Positions 1-13,600 of a stretch of DNA of 64,000 nucleotides are shown here, one piece after another. Source of the stretch: Octopus vulgaris. Its lineage: Eukaryota. The stretch covers positions 97,774,001 to 97,838,000 of the forward strand of contig OX597817.1 of NCBI GenBank assembly GCA_951406725.2, written 5' to 3'. Under the pieces are notes generated by a model. That model was not told the origin of the DNA. It was given only the letters and a program-made list of their open reading frames with translations, and did not search any database. Within the stretch, counting starts at the first letter, position 1. Every line of letters begins with the position of its first letter. The position numbers and the translations under genes are program-made.

Positions 1-739
1 GAACCACAACACGCACAGCAGATGACAGCACACACAGAATCCGTATTCCACAGAATCATCACCCCGACAGGCACCAACCACCCATCAGCAGCCCAACAAC
101 ACACCTCAGACATCAGTGATCCACCAGATGGAGACCGAATATTTTACCACCGATTCGATACCGTTAAAAGAAAAAAAATAATAAATAACTATTTCTGTAG
201 ATAAGGAAGCAGAAAACCACGTATGAGGGCAGAATAATCTCATGATTTCTGCTGCAGGATTGCCACCCTTGCGCTGACAATCCATTAGTGTAAGGGAGAT
301 TACTTCTATTTTTTTCATTGCCAAAAGATCCTTTTACAAGAAGGGATGTTACACGTATATATGAATACATCCCACTAATATTTTGTTAAGCACATCTAGT
401 AAACAGTATGAACTGTGTCTAAGGCGGATACGCACAGTGTGTATTACTCCGCTATACATATGCAGTTTGTAAACATGCCAAGTAAATAAACTCGTAGAAT
501 CATAATAATGCCTTCAATGAGTTGCTTATTATCTTAACACAAAACAAAAGACTACATAACACTCGCTGTCAAGGGAGGTAAATGCGCCTACACCTGTAAT
601 GTTTTAGCATCTTTTTCATATAAGGTGCAGCATCTGTCATAAATAGTAACACATTGTTATACTTGAAATTATCAGTCCACAGTAATGCTAAAGAAGAAGT
701 GAATAGATAAGTGATAGTAGATTAGTAGCGGTAAGAAAT

Positions 740-915
740 TCTGATGTTAACAAATCAGTGGTTTCATCAATCGAGTTCCAAATTTGCTTATCTCTGACAG
801 CTTCCCTGATTTTGTTCATAGTTTCTGCGTAATATTTGTCTACATAGTATTTTCTAAGTGTTGATTCGTTTGGACTACTTTTCACTGCAATAGAACTGTT
901 CCCATGGTTGAACAA
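740..915 (-). pseudogene. hAT-like (CGGBP1-related) transposase fragment
   Basis: ORF 688..915 contains PNESTLRKYYVDKYY...IREAVRDKQIWNSIDETTD, matching the STLRK...DETTD segment around the first catalytic Asp of CGGBP1-type hAT transposases. It is a short relic only. Confidence 0.55.
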
Positions 916-2272
916 TGGTTTTTCTCTGACTGCAGTTTTACATTTTTCAGATGCCTTTAGCTAGGCCGAAATAATGTCTTCATCACTTGACCCTTTCTAA
1001 CCTCTTCTACTTCACCAAAAACTAGAATAGAGATAACAAGACTACCAACTAAATCTATTGTTCTCAGTAATATATCTATCCTTCTGGATCTTTATATAAG
1101 CAAGCACATCCCAAGCAAAAATCAGTTCGTCACTGTCGTGGCGACTCAACGGAGTTAGTCACCAGTTGGTGACAAACTCAGTGAAAACGTAGTCTGGCTG
1201 ACCAGCTAGAACCTTGGTCAGAGGGAGAAATGAAGTTTACTGCCAGCAACTGTCAAACACCCTACAATTCTCTCTAGCTCTAATTCTGTTCTCTTACAAC
1301 ATCATTCTGTCTCTCTCTGTTTACTACTAAACAATGAAGAGGAGACAAATACAAACTTTACTTCGCATGCTTTTGGATTTATCAAAACCTGCCCATCAAG
1401 GCAAGGTATTGTAACGTAACGGTAAATAAATACTTCCTTAAAACTTTATGTATTGTTCATCTTTCACATCCCACAGTAAACAATTATAACCACAAATTAT
1501 TATCGTTACCACTGCCTCCACCGACATTTCATAATAATATTTATCAATCAATTTAAAACCATTACACTGCTTTAGTTAAGAAGCAGATCATAAATTCCGT
1601 TGGGAATTTAACGGCTAGTTTCATTTTCTTAATAACTTTTGAGCTTTGTTTTTATTTTGAGAAAAGCAACTTTCACAGATAAATTTTTAGACACTATTTT
1701 CTGAATCTGGCGAGGGTATGTAGGGGATGCAAGTTTTGATTTTGCACACCTAAAAATTCTAGTGGGTGCAAGTGTACCCCCTGTTCCCGGGCCCTTGCAG
1801 ATGAAGATAGGCGTATTGGACGACATCAAAGGAAAACAATGAGGAAAGCATCGGACTGTAGTTTGAATAATTACATCTATGCGTTGGATACACAAAATTT
1901 GATTTACAATATCAATGAAAGCCGTTACATGAAGTTACCAACTGCTACGAGCATATTTTGTGTCCGTGTGTGCATTGGTCATTTGGTCGGGTCCTGTCTG
2001 TTTGTGCTCTGCGACTACTATTGTAGTGTGTCGTTAATGCTGACTTTGTGACTCTCTGTTGGCTGCTTCACTGTCGCAAGCTGTCTGCCTATCTATCGTG
2101 TATCTAACTGTATTTATAATAGTAATCTTAGCTAGAAGAACAGGCATACCATAGGAGTAGTTTCTACCTATCTAGGTCACCTGCTGTCCAGATGAACCTT
2201 CGGTGACACAGCTCAGGTCGGAGGTCGAATGGAAATCCATCAATCACTTTTTGACAGGACAAAGAAATTTCT

Positions 2273-3926
2273 TTCACGCTCCATGTGAGTAGTGTTATTG
2301 TTAAACTGTTATTCATTGAATTGTTGGATTGTTGTTACCTGTTTTTTAAAAAATTTTCTTTCCCATTTATGAGTGAAGTTGTGAACAATATTGTGATGGA
2401 AGGTACACCAGTGCAAGCGGGCACTGTCTGCAGAGGTACTGCAAGTTAGAGAAATTAAATTGCAGGAGAAAAACTTCAAGAAATATAATGATTTATTGAG
2501 AAAGGATGGAGATAGCCTGAGGTTGATGCCTCCCAAGGAAGGGACAGGATAAATGGTAAAGAAAATAAATGTATACAGAACATTGAATATTGTAACGAAA
2601 AAGATGGAAATAGCAGCAGTCGAGAAGTGCCTGAGAGAAATTAAGAATGTAACGACGTACTACACCAGAGGAAGGAAATACAGCACAATGGAGGTACGCT
2701 TCATGAGTGAAGAAGAAGCGAGAAAATACTCCACTGTGCCTTAGATCAGCGAAGTGGGCACTGCTGCCGACTTACTGTGGCAAACGTGTGGCCAGAGTAA
2801 GAATAGGTAGTGTGCCCCCAGAAATTGATGAGGCATGGCTGGTGGCAGTCATTCTCTTCAATACAGAAAATACTGAAATATTGAAAATTTCGAAAACTAT
2901 GGAGGTGAACTGGTGGAGGTATTGGTCCAAATAAGCCTCCCAGACCTCCACAAGATTGTGGAAGAACTAGTACTGCTAGATGAAACAAAGTTAAGAATAG
3001 TGGTGAAAGACCGCCTGTATGTTTTCTATGTGGAGTAAGGGGACCATGAAAGCTAAGTTTCTCCAGAAATACAAAGAGGAGGAGGTAGAGAAGGAATATC
3101 AGGAAGAAGAGGATGCAACCTTGGAGGAGGAGAAAATGGAAGAGCAATATACAGTGGTAAAAAGAAAGAAGAGTACAGACTCACCACCAAAAAGTTCGAG
3201 GAAGAAAAGAAAGGCGAGTGGAGAGGCGAAACAGAGTGAAAAACAAGAGAATACGAATGAGAAGAGAAAAATGAAAAGTCAACAAAAGTAAGTGAGGAAT
3301 GAACGCAGAGACCATCAACTAGCAAGAAGGAAAGAGTACAAAAGAGAAAGGAAAATGAAAGAGAGATAATAGCAACACAGAATAAGAGACAGACAGAGAT
3401 AGAAAAGCCTGCGGTAGAGGAGGGGATTAGTGAGGAGAGAAGGAGAGTGACACCCAAAAGGGAGGAACCTGAGAACAATGGTGCAATACCCAAAAAGTGT
3501 AGAGATATAGAAAAAGATTGCCAAGATGAAGGACGTTATAAGAGTGAAATTAGCGGCCAAAGAGAATAATGAAGGGTTGAAAGCTGTTTTGCTGGGAAAA
3601 GAAAGAGGACTGAAGGAGTTGTTTGGTGAAAGAATAGAGATGACAGGGATGGAAATTGGTTACGATGAATTGCCACAGGTGATGGTCTTCGAAGATTTAA
3701 TGGAGTATATGTTATAAAAAGTGACTTTGTGTGAATTTTAAAAAAAGGAAACCAACCAATACAAGATTGATATTGAACTTACTGTGTAGGTAAGCCATTT
3801 CATCTTCATTTCCATTATAACCATAATTCATTCGATATGTGTTTTTATGTATCCCATTGTATTGTTTTGTCTGTTTTTGTGTTGTCCCTTCTCTTTTGAG
3901 GCCTTGTGCCTAATTAAAGAAATAAA
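2273..3926 (+). mobile_element. ORF1-only non-autonomous Tx1-like retroposon (HAL1-like)
   Basis: 15-bp TSD GACAAAGAAATTTCT at 2258-2272 and 3927-3941. A frameshifted ORF1 runs from ATG 2396 (MEGT...) to ~3717 and is homologous to ORF1 of the Tx1 at 14012-15317 (TRGRKYSTMEVRF vs ARGKRYATVEVRM; VPPEIDEAWLVA vs VPPEVDAKWLVA). No ORF2 is present, and the 3' tail resembles the Tx1 tail. Confidence 0.85.
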
Positions 3927-4631
3927 GACAAAGAAATTTCTCTCGTGCCTGTTCGGCCAGTTATGGATCAGGCTAGTGAGAATCCTTAGATTCGGTTTCG
4001 AATCTCAGCTCAGAAAATGAAATGTTAGTTTTTACACCTATATGTAGGGCACTGCCCTAGGCTGATAACAGACGAACTGTAGACAGGAACTTCACTGCGG
4101 GTTAGCTAGTGAGCCAGTCCGCAGAAAAGGGTTTTCCGGTTAGATGGGAGAGAAGTCTGGGAATTGAGATAGCCGATCGTACTCGTCCCCACAGTGAGTA
4201 AGTGACTGAAGCAAAATAAACAATACACCGATATACTGTTGTCCCGGATTATATTTACGTTTAGCCTAACTAAGCTATAACAGGAACTTCCGCCGCCATG
4301 AATATAGCACAATTGTTTCCAATTATGTTGGCAAGCCGCAGGTTGCTGTATCAACAACTTGCCGTAAACTTCAAGCTTAATCTCTCTCCCAGTTGTTGTT
4401 GTTGTTTGTAAAAGACCAACGCAGTTGTCTTAGTGTGCGATAATGAAATCTTCTGTTAAATGTTTCCCAGTGTTGTTCAATTACTTCTATACACAATCCA
4501 AGAAATATATTTGCATCCATCGTGTGGTTTGTGTTTGTATTTACAGCACTCTTTAGAAGAAAAAAAACATGGGAGACCCTATAGCTTTGAACAAAAACCA
4601 GTAATCCTGACCAAACCACCACAAAAACAGA

Positions 4632-6580
4632 CGATCATCATCCTCGCAGTTGCAAGCACTTTGTCGGGGGGGGGGGGCTCTCAAACAAGCACCATTGGGG
4701 TTCTAGACATTTAGCTGTTCCCATCTTGGTAACATCATCAATACCCAATGTGAATAGGGCAGGACCAATTGGGTCACCCTGTTGGACCCCAGAGGCAGAT
4801 GGGATGAGGTGATCACCAAATGAAAGGTAGGAGGGCTCCCGATAGGCTTGCCAAGCAAAGTGGTTAAGTGATGGGACATTCTCCCTTACAACACGGAGAA
4901 TGATGTCTTGACTGATGGAGTTGAAAGCATTCTTAAGGTCAAGTTTGAGGATGATCTTCGAGGACTCAGAGGGCAAGCTGGTGAAAGCCCTGGTGACATG
5001 AGCAGCAGTATCACAACCTATCTTAGTACCTAATCCTAGCTGAATAGGGGAAAATTCCTTGGGCAGGCAGTTAGAAACTGCGAACTTTTGCTGTGAGCCG
5101 TTGCAGAGTACAACCAACTGCTATGGGCGGAGGTCACTATTGGGTTTGTTGAGACCAAATAGTTTGGCCCCAAAGAACAGTGGACAAATGTAGGCAAGGA
5201 CACTCTCGGACGAGAACAAGTTTATGAACTGTGTTACGTTCTCCAGGAGTTCGAGCCCAGCATCACCAGCTAACAGGGAGATATCATCCTTGAGCCCAGC
5301 ATCACCAGCTAACGAAGATATCGACCCCAGCACCAGAACCCACTGGAAAAGAGGCAATTGCCCTTGTGATATTGTCAGAGGTGAAGATGGGTTGTAGAAA
5401 ACATGTTGGGTCAGGCCAGTGTAGGTGATCATCTGGGAGGGCCAGAGAATGTTTCTTCTTCAGATGGTTGAGAGAGTCCGTGGTACACGGAACGAAGGAG
5501 GACAGAAAAGAAAGAAGGCAAACAGCTCCTTTAAAGTCAAATTCGCTGAATTTGACATTAACAGCCTTCTTTAAGTTAGGTGGTCGACCATTATTCGGGG
5601 TTGAGGTGATCAGCGACCTGAGATGAACAGTGGTTGGGGTAGATTCGAACATCTCAAACTACTGTTTCGGAGAAGAAGTGAGGGGTCCACTATTTCCATT
5701 TGTTACATGGAAGGAGACCAAAGGGAACAGGAACAGTTTCTGCCAATCTGAGGTGTTGTTGGATAGGCAGACGTTCTTCAGCAGTTTCGAGAGAACACAG
5801 GCGAATCGAGTCCGTCACCCATAGAGATCCGATTGATGAGCTTCAGCTTGGACAAGCCCTGGAGGGCAGCAGCAAAATCCTCAACAAAGATCTGGACTTC
5901 AGAGCAAGGTTCTGTCCTACTAATGCTGTCAGAGCTGAAGTGACATCGGGTGCATGTCCAGTTAAAAAAACTTTTGGCTTGAACCTTAGTAATGTAACAC
6001 AGCTCCTGTGGGGACTTAGACTACACAAGTGACATTTGATGGTCTTCAAATAGCAACTTGTATGGGTGCAGAGAACACAACTTGGAAGTGAACTTGCAGT
6101 ATCAGTGGGGTCGGTATTAGAATTAGAAGGGAGGGGTGGTTGGGGAAAGAATGGCGCTGGAGGTAGAGAGGGTAGCTGAGTGACCAGCATTAACTCTGGT
6201 GGTGAGACTCGGGTGGGGTGCAGGAGGCGATGCAAGTAGGCTGGCTGTAACAGGAGTGGTGGGGTGGGGTGAATAAGAGGAGGTGGGTGAAGGTTAGCGA
6301 TGGAGGAGAAGGGAGCTGGATGAAGAGCATTAATACTGGCAGTGGGGTTCGGCTGGGAGAGAGACAGAAGGGATACGGCAAACTGACTATCACGGGAATT
6401 GTGGGGTGAATAAAAGGACGAGCGTGACTAATATCAGCCGATGGAAGGGGTTGGGGAGAGACGGGATACGAGTTAACTCCCCTAGAATGTGATGGAGGAG
6501 ATGGGAAGCGAGAAGACGAAGGCTGGTAGGGTGTGACGAAATAGTTTAACCATGCTGGTCTCCTGATTACTCGTCGCATG
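4632..6580 (-). mobile_element. CRE-clade (RLE-type) non-LTR retrotransposon, 5' half, decayed
   Basis: Fragments include Cys-rich CVLC..CHLC..HRSC, ITRAIASFPVGSGAG, FFGAKLFGLNKPNSDLRP, PIQLGLG, LKLDLKNAFNS and GVQQGDPIGPALF, plus a decayed LNV*NPNG at the YLDD position. These are CRE-type RT motifs. Confidence 0.8.
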
Positions 6581-6820
6581 GCTCAAAACTTTTAAATTTA
6601 TATATTTATTTACTTTACTTTGTTTTCCTCCCCTTTAACAGATCGCCCATGCAAAGTCCAGCCAAGCCATTGTGTAACAGAAGTGAGATAATAGAAAAGT
6701 GGAGGGGTAGCGAACACTCGAGTGAAATTCCTCTCTCCCCTTTATTATATATACGTGCATTCGAACATAGCAAGTAACAGCTAGCCTTTGGCCACTATTT
6801 GGACCCCGTTGTGTTAACTA

Positions 6821-6960
6821 CTCTGATTGGTTGGTATTGGCGCAATTTGTCTCTTACTCTACCGCGCCAATATGCAGTGCCAATCAGAGCCTCTAAATAT
6901 GATCACGTGAGACAGCCTGTTCTCAACCCAGTTTGAACCTACAGCTCCTTATAAAAACCC
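6821..6960 (+). promoter_or_regulatory. Promoter-like cluster (paired CCAAT boxes in an inverted repeat, E-box, TATA), probably TE-derived
   Basis: CTCTGATTGG..TATTGGCGC (6821-6843) is inverted against GCGCCAATA..CCAATCAGAG (6864-6889). CACGTG lies at ~6904 and TATAAAA at ~6950. Confidence 0.35.
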
Positions 6961-7475
6961 AGCTACTCCTCGTCTCGAGGTTCCAGACCTTTTAAGGTCT
7001 ATTACTGACCACACAAGACACAGCCAGTTCCAGCGACAACATAACAGTAGCCATGTTAAGACTTACCAACTTCGTCCAATAGCATTACGGCAATCTCTTT
7101 CTTCGTCGCCACCATCATCTTCTTAACGTCGTTAATACCATCTCTCTACGTACACAGCTCAATAAGCAACATGCACAGGTTCCAATACTCCACTGTTTAT
7201 GAATTACTTGTTGTAGGGATACAATTGGATAGTTGTACTTGACCAACCAACTCACCAATTCACCAGATTTCGAAAAAACCAAGGGAGACACTAGACCTTT
7301 GAACAAAAACCGGTGATCCTGACCGAACCACCACAAAAACTGATGACCTTATACGCACCGTCACAATGACTATTCACACTCGACAGCCATCTTACACAAT
7401 GATTGAATGCCGCGCATATAGTGAAGACCAAATACACTCTCGACAAATCATGAATTAATATTGATGCTCAGTTGG

Positions 7476-8858
7476 TGATGATCGAGGAACTTGGTCGTAG
7501 AGATCTTATCGTTAACAACTCCAAAAGCGAGCTCTAGCTCTTCAACCACTCCGATTCGCATGAGCAGACTACTGAACTATTTTCTGACTCCCTCCCTTCA
7601 ATCGCGATTCCTCCTTCATCAGCATGGTGTTCCCTTGGAGCCTTAGTTACTGACCTAGCCTTCGAGTCCATCTTTAAAATTCAAAATGGCTAACCTCGAG
7701 CAACTTTGAAAAAAACTCGAGGTAATTGAGCCCCACCAAGGTTTTTTTTAATACTTATAAATTCTTAAGCTGTTGTATCTTTTAAAAGTTAGTCTCTCAA
7801 ATAGATTCCTGTCGTCTCTCCAATACTTGGATGCCCTAATCTTCGGGAAACTCGAATGCTTAGTCAATGTCAAACTCTCCCCCAGACCAACGTGAGCAAA
7901 CTGCTTTGCCCAAACGGTTGGTGGGGGTGTCTAAGTCTGCGCAAGTGCTCGTCTTTATCTTTTCCCTGTTTTCTTTCCTCCATCCACGCTTGCTTCCCTT
8001 TGGTAAGCAACATCTTCTCCTCGCCAACATGGACCAATTCCAAAAGGGAGAAGGATGAAGCTCTATCACAGTGGAGAGAGCTGGATTCGTCAGTTCCTGT
8101 TACAGTGGAGGATAGACGGAAACAAAGTATGGGACAATGTGTTCAGGTGCCACTTTCAACTCTCTCCTTGATCAATCTGATCAATTTTCAAGGTGTCGCC
8201 TACTTTCAGCTAGTGCAAGATTCTTGGGAGACTGGATTGATGTCCTCATCTCCATTGCACTCAGAGTGGGAGCTAACGTTTGTGGGGGACTGAGATGCCG
8301 CTGTGGTAAACCTCCGACCCCACAGGTCTTTATGGTCTGTCTTGCCGCCTAAATGCTGGTCGCTTCGCTCGCCACACCAAGCTCGGATTAATATCCCCTC
8401 AGGTCTCTGGAACCGTCAGGGTTATCTAGAAATGATGAAAAGAAACCAGATGGTCTTACCCTCTGTCCATGGGTTAGAGGTAAGTGTCTCATTTGGGATG
8501 CCACAGTCTGTGACTTCTTTGTTCCCTCCCACATCTTGGACGCTGCAGTTAATGGGAGGGTCACTGCTTCCGTAGCTGAACGGAAGAAAACCCTGAAGTA
8601 TCGGGACCTGACAGTGAACTATCTCTTCCAGCCTGTGGCGTTTGAGATGTTTGGAAGGACTAGGTCACTAATCGTGAAGTTCTTGTCAACGTTCGTAGCT
8701 CGTTTCACCGAGGTGTCAGGTGATGTCCGTGAGGGCGCTTGGCTTTCCTAACGCCTTAGCCTCGCCATCACCCGTGCTAATGGTGGAAGCGTGTTGCCTT
8801 GCTTCAGTAGGTTCCATTGAACCGTATGATGCGCGACCAGTTGCTGTGATAAAAAAAA
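7476..8858 (+). mobile_element. CRE-clade retrotransposon, 3' half (RT end, zinc finger, RLE endonuclease), decayed
   Basis: Motifs LIVNNSKSEL, CRCG...HGLSC-like, RPDG..L.PW.RG..L.WD, AERKK..KY and FQPVAFE, with an A-run at ~8851-8858. Confidence 0.8.
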
Positions 8859-9023
8859 ATTCCTCACATATGGTTTCAATACAGTTTTAACAGAAAGATT
8901 TGGAAGAATTAGTTCTCCGGTAATTTTCTTTCATGTAAATAAATTTTTATGTTAATTTAAGAATTTTCCAGCAAAATTTTATAAAATGACAGTGTTCTAA
9001 AAGATGTACTTGTTTATATGTTA

Positions 9024-9420
9024 CTAGCAGTATCGCCCGGCGTTGCTCGGGTTTGTAAGGGAAATAACTATATAAGCATTTTTAGAGAGTTATAGCCAAA
9101 AAATAGGAAAAAAATGCATTAAAAATGGAAAAAAAATTAAGGTAAATTTCTTTTTCAATCGTTGACACATCGTAGATATTTTTAGAGAGTTACTTCCCTT
9201 ATATAATAGCGAAAAAAATGCATTAAAATGGAAAAATATGATGGTAATTTTTTTTAAATCGTAGACTCATCGTAGACGCGCGCTAATACCCAGAAGGGCT
9301 CGATATGACTCACGACTATAAGATACCCGGTTTTGGTTACACTGCACCGCAAAATGTGGGAGTAGTTAGGAATCTAAATCGTAGGAGACAGACACACAAC
9401 TTCACTCTTATATATAAAGA
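9024..9420 (-). mobile_element. Non-autonomous Helitron
   Basis: The minus strand starts TC and ends CTAG, with subterminal hairpin CCCGAGCAACGCCGGG. It sits between A and T with no TSD. Confidence 0.85.
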
Positions 9421-9532
9421 TATAAGTCACGTAGTTATATACACATACTTTGTTATATACACATTCTTAAAAGAAAATGTTATTTTGAATACAACATTTA
9501 TAAAGAATAAAATATTTTTTGGTTTTTCTTAA

Positions 9533-10192
9533 CCCTTTCGTTACTATATTTCTGACCAAAATACACCCCTTATGTGTTTCAATTAATTTCTAACGTAATC
9601 ATAAATTTAGTCTGGTTTCATTAAACAACAATAACTTTTTTATTTATCAATATATTAACGTGAATTTTGGAAGATAATTTAATGAAATGTCCTCAACCAA
9701 TTCTATACTATAATTTTTGTCACAAAGTGACTCTAATTGCAGGTAGATACAGGTAAATTCAACAATATATAAAATTATTAAAATTTTGTTCAAACATCGC
9801 TATAGAAAATGGGATATTAACTAATATTCAATTGGGTATACAACAAAATTTTACGATAGAATTTGTTATTCTGGGTAACTTTCTGATACCCATAATAATA
9901 TTTATGGCAAAATAGGCCTTAATTTCATTTAAGGTTGTGGGAAATAACAAACTATCCTTTCTTTCGTTTTGTTTACGTTTAGCATAACAGTTCGTTTCTG
10001 CCGTAATGATTTCAAATGGGCTCATTCGAAAACGTAAATAGAAATAGTCTAAGGCTTTACTCTTCTGGGAAAGTCTGTGGCTTGGTGCAGTTTCTTCAGA
10101 AAAATCACCGAAAGAAACAGTTTTTAAATTTTCACTCCATTCAGGTACCAATTCGTTTTCTTTATCGCTGTCGGATTCACTGTTTTCACTTT
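9533..10192 (-). mobile_element. piggyBac-derived element, truncated copy
   Basis: TTAA|CCCTTTCGTTAC terminus and PGBD-like peptide (ITAETNCYA..TTLNEIKAYFAINIIMGI). Near-identical to the complete copy at 40751-42694. Confidence 0.85.
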
Positions 10193-10669
10193 AATAGCTG
10201 CAAACTTGCAAAGACAAAGGAGGAGAAGGGTGATAGCGTCAGTGAAACAATTCGCTCCCTTTGTGTGTGTGTGCGTTTGCGTGTGGTGTAAACCACATTA
10301 AGAAAAACATTTGACATACACACCAGAATGTGAGTTTTCTGTAAATTTTGCTTAATTGGAGTTTAAATTTTAAAAACTGGACCTGGCATGACCCGATGCA
10401 TTCTACTCTTAAAAATGCTAGGAAAATTGTAATTGAAGAAATCCTAAGGGCCCAAACATAGAGGGGGACAATACAGCCTGATTGGGGTCAGACACACAAT
10501 GATTATATGACTTTAAAAATTTTACAAAATATAATGAAATCGAATGAAATCGAATGAGATACAACAAGGACGAAATACAAACATGAGATGAAGCAGAGAG
10601 ATGGCTTACGCTCCGACCCCGCGAGCCCCATTCTCCTACTGAATTTTTGTATGCAGACTTATGACATGT

Positions 10670-13600
10670 TCACGAGGAATCTTTCATTCCCAGCACCCTC
10701 GCAACATGCAACCATCTTTCTTTGAACATTTTCTTTGACAGGCATCTTCTTTCCAGCCTCACCTTCCTTTTAAGGTGGAAAATAAAAAATCTCACCAACC
10801 CGAGACCGGAGATGAGGTTGCCTGTCGCCAAACCTTTCATTCGCGATTTCCATACCACCTCTTTCGCTATTGCTACTACTGCGAGAAAACATTGCTTACT
10901 TTCTTTCGTGAGGAAATCCGGCGGGTCAATTTTTACGATTAACTCAGACGACAGCTGTACTCTTCCTGAACCTGACAGCAGATGTTCTGTATCAGCCCAC
11001 ACTTCAGACACTCCCGGACACTGAACAATAGCGTGCAGGACAGATTCCCTCTCCCGTCCGCATCTTGGACAGTCGGCAGTGGTAGTTCGACCGTGTCATG
11101 CGAGCTTATCCCGAACGGATAAGGCTCCTCGGTAACATTGCCAAGCCAGGGATTTTTGGAAATTATCCAAACACCCTGGCCCGAACGTCCTTCGGAACAG
11201 ACTGTCTAACTGGTTATCTCCGAGACCTAGGGTTTCCTCTAGAGTATCGTCGTTCCCAGCCTCTACCAACCTGCTATAGAAAAATGTGGTGGTACCAAAA
11301 CCGCTAGCATTACCCGAGCGATGGAACTGTAGGAGTGCTTTACGGCACTCCGTAAACCATGTACCCAACCTCGATCTACGAAGGAACCAGCTTTCTTGTC
11401 CACTAAAACTAGTGAACCTGGGAAACATTCGTTTCGCGAGCGGAGACCACACCTGTTCACCATTCAGGAGTAGCCAGAGATGCCTCAACCTCAGCGCATG
11501 TTTGCGCATCAGCAGCCGAAGCATCCCCAGTTCTCCATTCAACGGCTTCTGGCAGCAAATAGGACGCCTCACGAGAGGAGTCGTGCCCTTCCACAAAAAG
11601 CGGAAGATATGCCTCTCCAGCTTGCTCAACCACGAACCGGGACAGGGCACGACGGTTAGGCGGTAAATGATGACCGATGCGATAAACACATCGGCCATCT
11701 CCGCCCGCCCTTTCAAGGATAGCCACCGCCATGTTCAATACCTCTGCCCAGTTCTTTTCTACCTGGAGGTCTGGTCCAAACCATACCCCTAGCAGCTTAA
11801 CCGAGCCCTCCGTCCAACGTCCCACGACGCTATCCGAAGGCATCGACTTGCCCCTCCAGGTGCCGAGTTGCAAGCCGACTGACTTTTCCCGATTAATCTC
11901 TGCTCTTGCCACCGTCTCGTAAACCTTAATGGTTTCACCTACCCTCTGTAGGTGTTCCATCTTGGTTACGATAATGGTGATGTCATCCGCATATGCTGAA
12001 ACCGACTCTCCAACAGCCGGCCCCCTCGGTTTGCCACTCAACTTTCGCAGTAACGGCTCTAGGGCCATCACATACAAAAGCGGCGAGAGCGGACATCCTT
12101 GGCGAACCGAGCGCTTAATAGAGAACGGCCTAGAAAGAAAGCCGTTCACCCGAACGATCGAATCGATGTTATCATATAATTGGATTATCCACTTAAGAAA
12201 GCCAAGACCCAGCACGGACACCAGGTATCGATGGTCAACCCTATCGAATACTTTTGACTGGTCTAAATGGACCAAAGCCCCACCTTTGCCAGAATCACTA
12301 CCAAACTCTTCTAAGGTATAGCGTAGAATATGGAGATTGTCCTGAATGCTTCTGCCGGGGACGGCACAGGTTTGTGCCTTGCCGATCAGAGTATTCACGA
12401 CCCGCCTTAATCTTTTTGCTAGTTCCTTGGCCAAAATCTTCACCTCTGCGTTTAACACAGTGATGGGCCTAAAGTTGTCTATCTTATCTCCTTTGTTTGG
12501 GTCCTTCCTGACCAGAGTCACCACTCCCCTGCGTACAGATCTGGGAATCGACCCATTCTGCTGCCAGTTAGCGTAAACCCCGGCCAGAATTCGCCCAAAC
12601 AAGTCTGGCATACTTTTGTATAATTCACAAGGCAAACCATCAAGTCCCGGCGCCCTACCAGCTTTACAGTCCGTTATAGCCTCTCTCACCTCCTGATGTG
12701 TTATCGGACCTTCACAGCACTCAGCATCCTGCCCCGAGAGACGCGGCAGCCCGGCAAGGAAGTCCGAAAGGTCCAACCTACCAGCCGGTCCATCGCCCTT
12801 CCCGAAAAGCTGTGAAAAGTGCTCCTGAAAAGCCTGACACATCTCATCGGGTTCGTTTACAATCTCGCCTTGTAGGTTCTCCACAGATCGAATTGTGGAA
12901 TCATTTCCACGTTGGGTTTCAACCACCCGAGCCCATCCAGCAGCATTGATCCCCTCACTCCCCATTGCACGAAGTCTAGCCCTGATAATGCATCTCATGT
13001 GTTTGACCTCGAGGTGCTGGTTTAATTCCAGTCTCTTAGCCTTCGCCTGAGCAGCACTACCAGTCAACACGGCTTCCTCTAATTCCTTAACCAGTTCTAG
13101 GTCCCTCTTACGCTCTCTAGCCACTAAACCTATGCTATGTCTAACAGACTCAAATTTAATGGCTCTTTTGAGGGTGTACTACCATTTATTATTAATGATG
13201 GTACCTGTTAAAGCCCTCAGTATCAGTAACTTAATCCGGCTTCTGTACTCTTCGTTCGCCAAATGGGACTTATTGAGTTTCCAGTAACCAGATCATCTAC
13301 TCTGTAACTTATCTAGGTTCAGCTTACAAGTGACCAATTTATGATCACTGTAGCTGACCAAGTGGAAATGTGGACACTTAGCTATGGATCTATCTGTTTC
13401 TCTAATTAGAATCCTATCTATATAGGACTTAGAAGACCCGTCACCACTTAACCATGTCCACATTGGGGTGTTCGGGAATTCAAGTCTGTATGGATCTACA
13501 AGCTGAAAGCGACTTAGTAGATCCCAGAAGCCGGCATTAGGTATCCTATTTGAGTTCGAGTCAACATTATCCATGCGCGCATCGTGAATAACATTAAAGT

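Noticed and set aside
1134-1493. Solo LTR (TGT...ACA with AATAAA)
   Set aside because: No convincing TSD or second copy.
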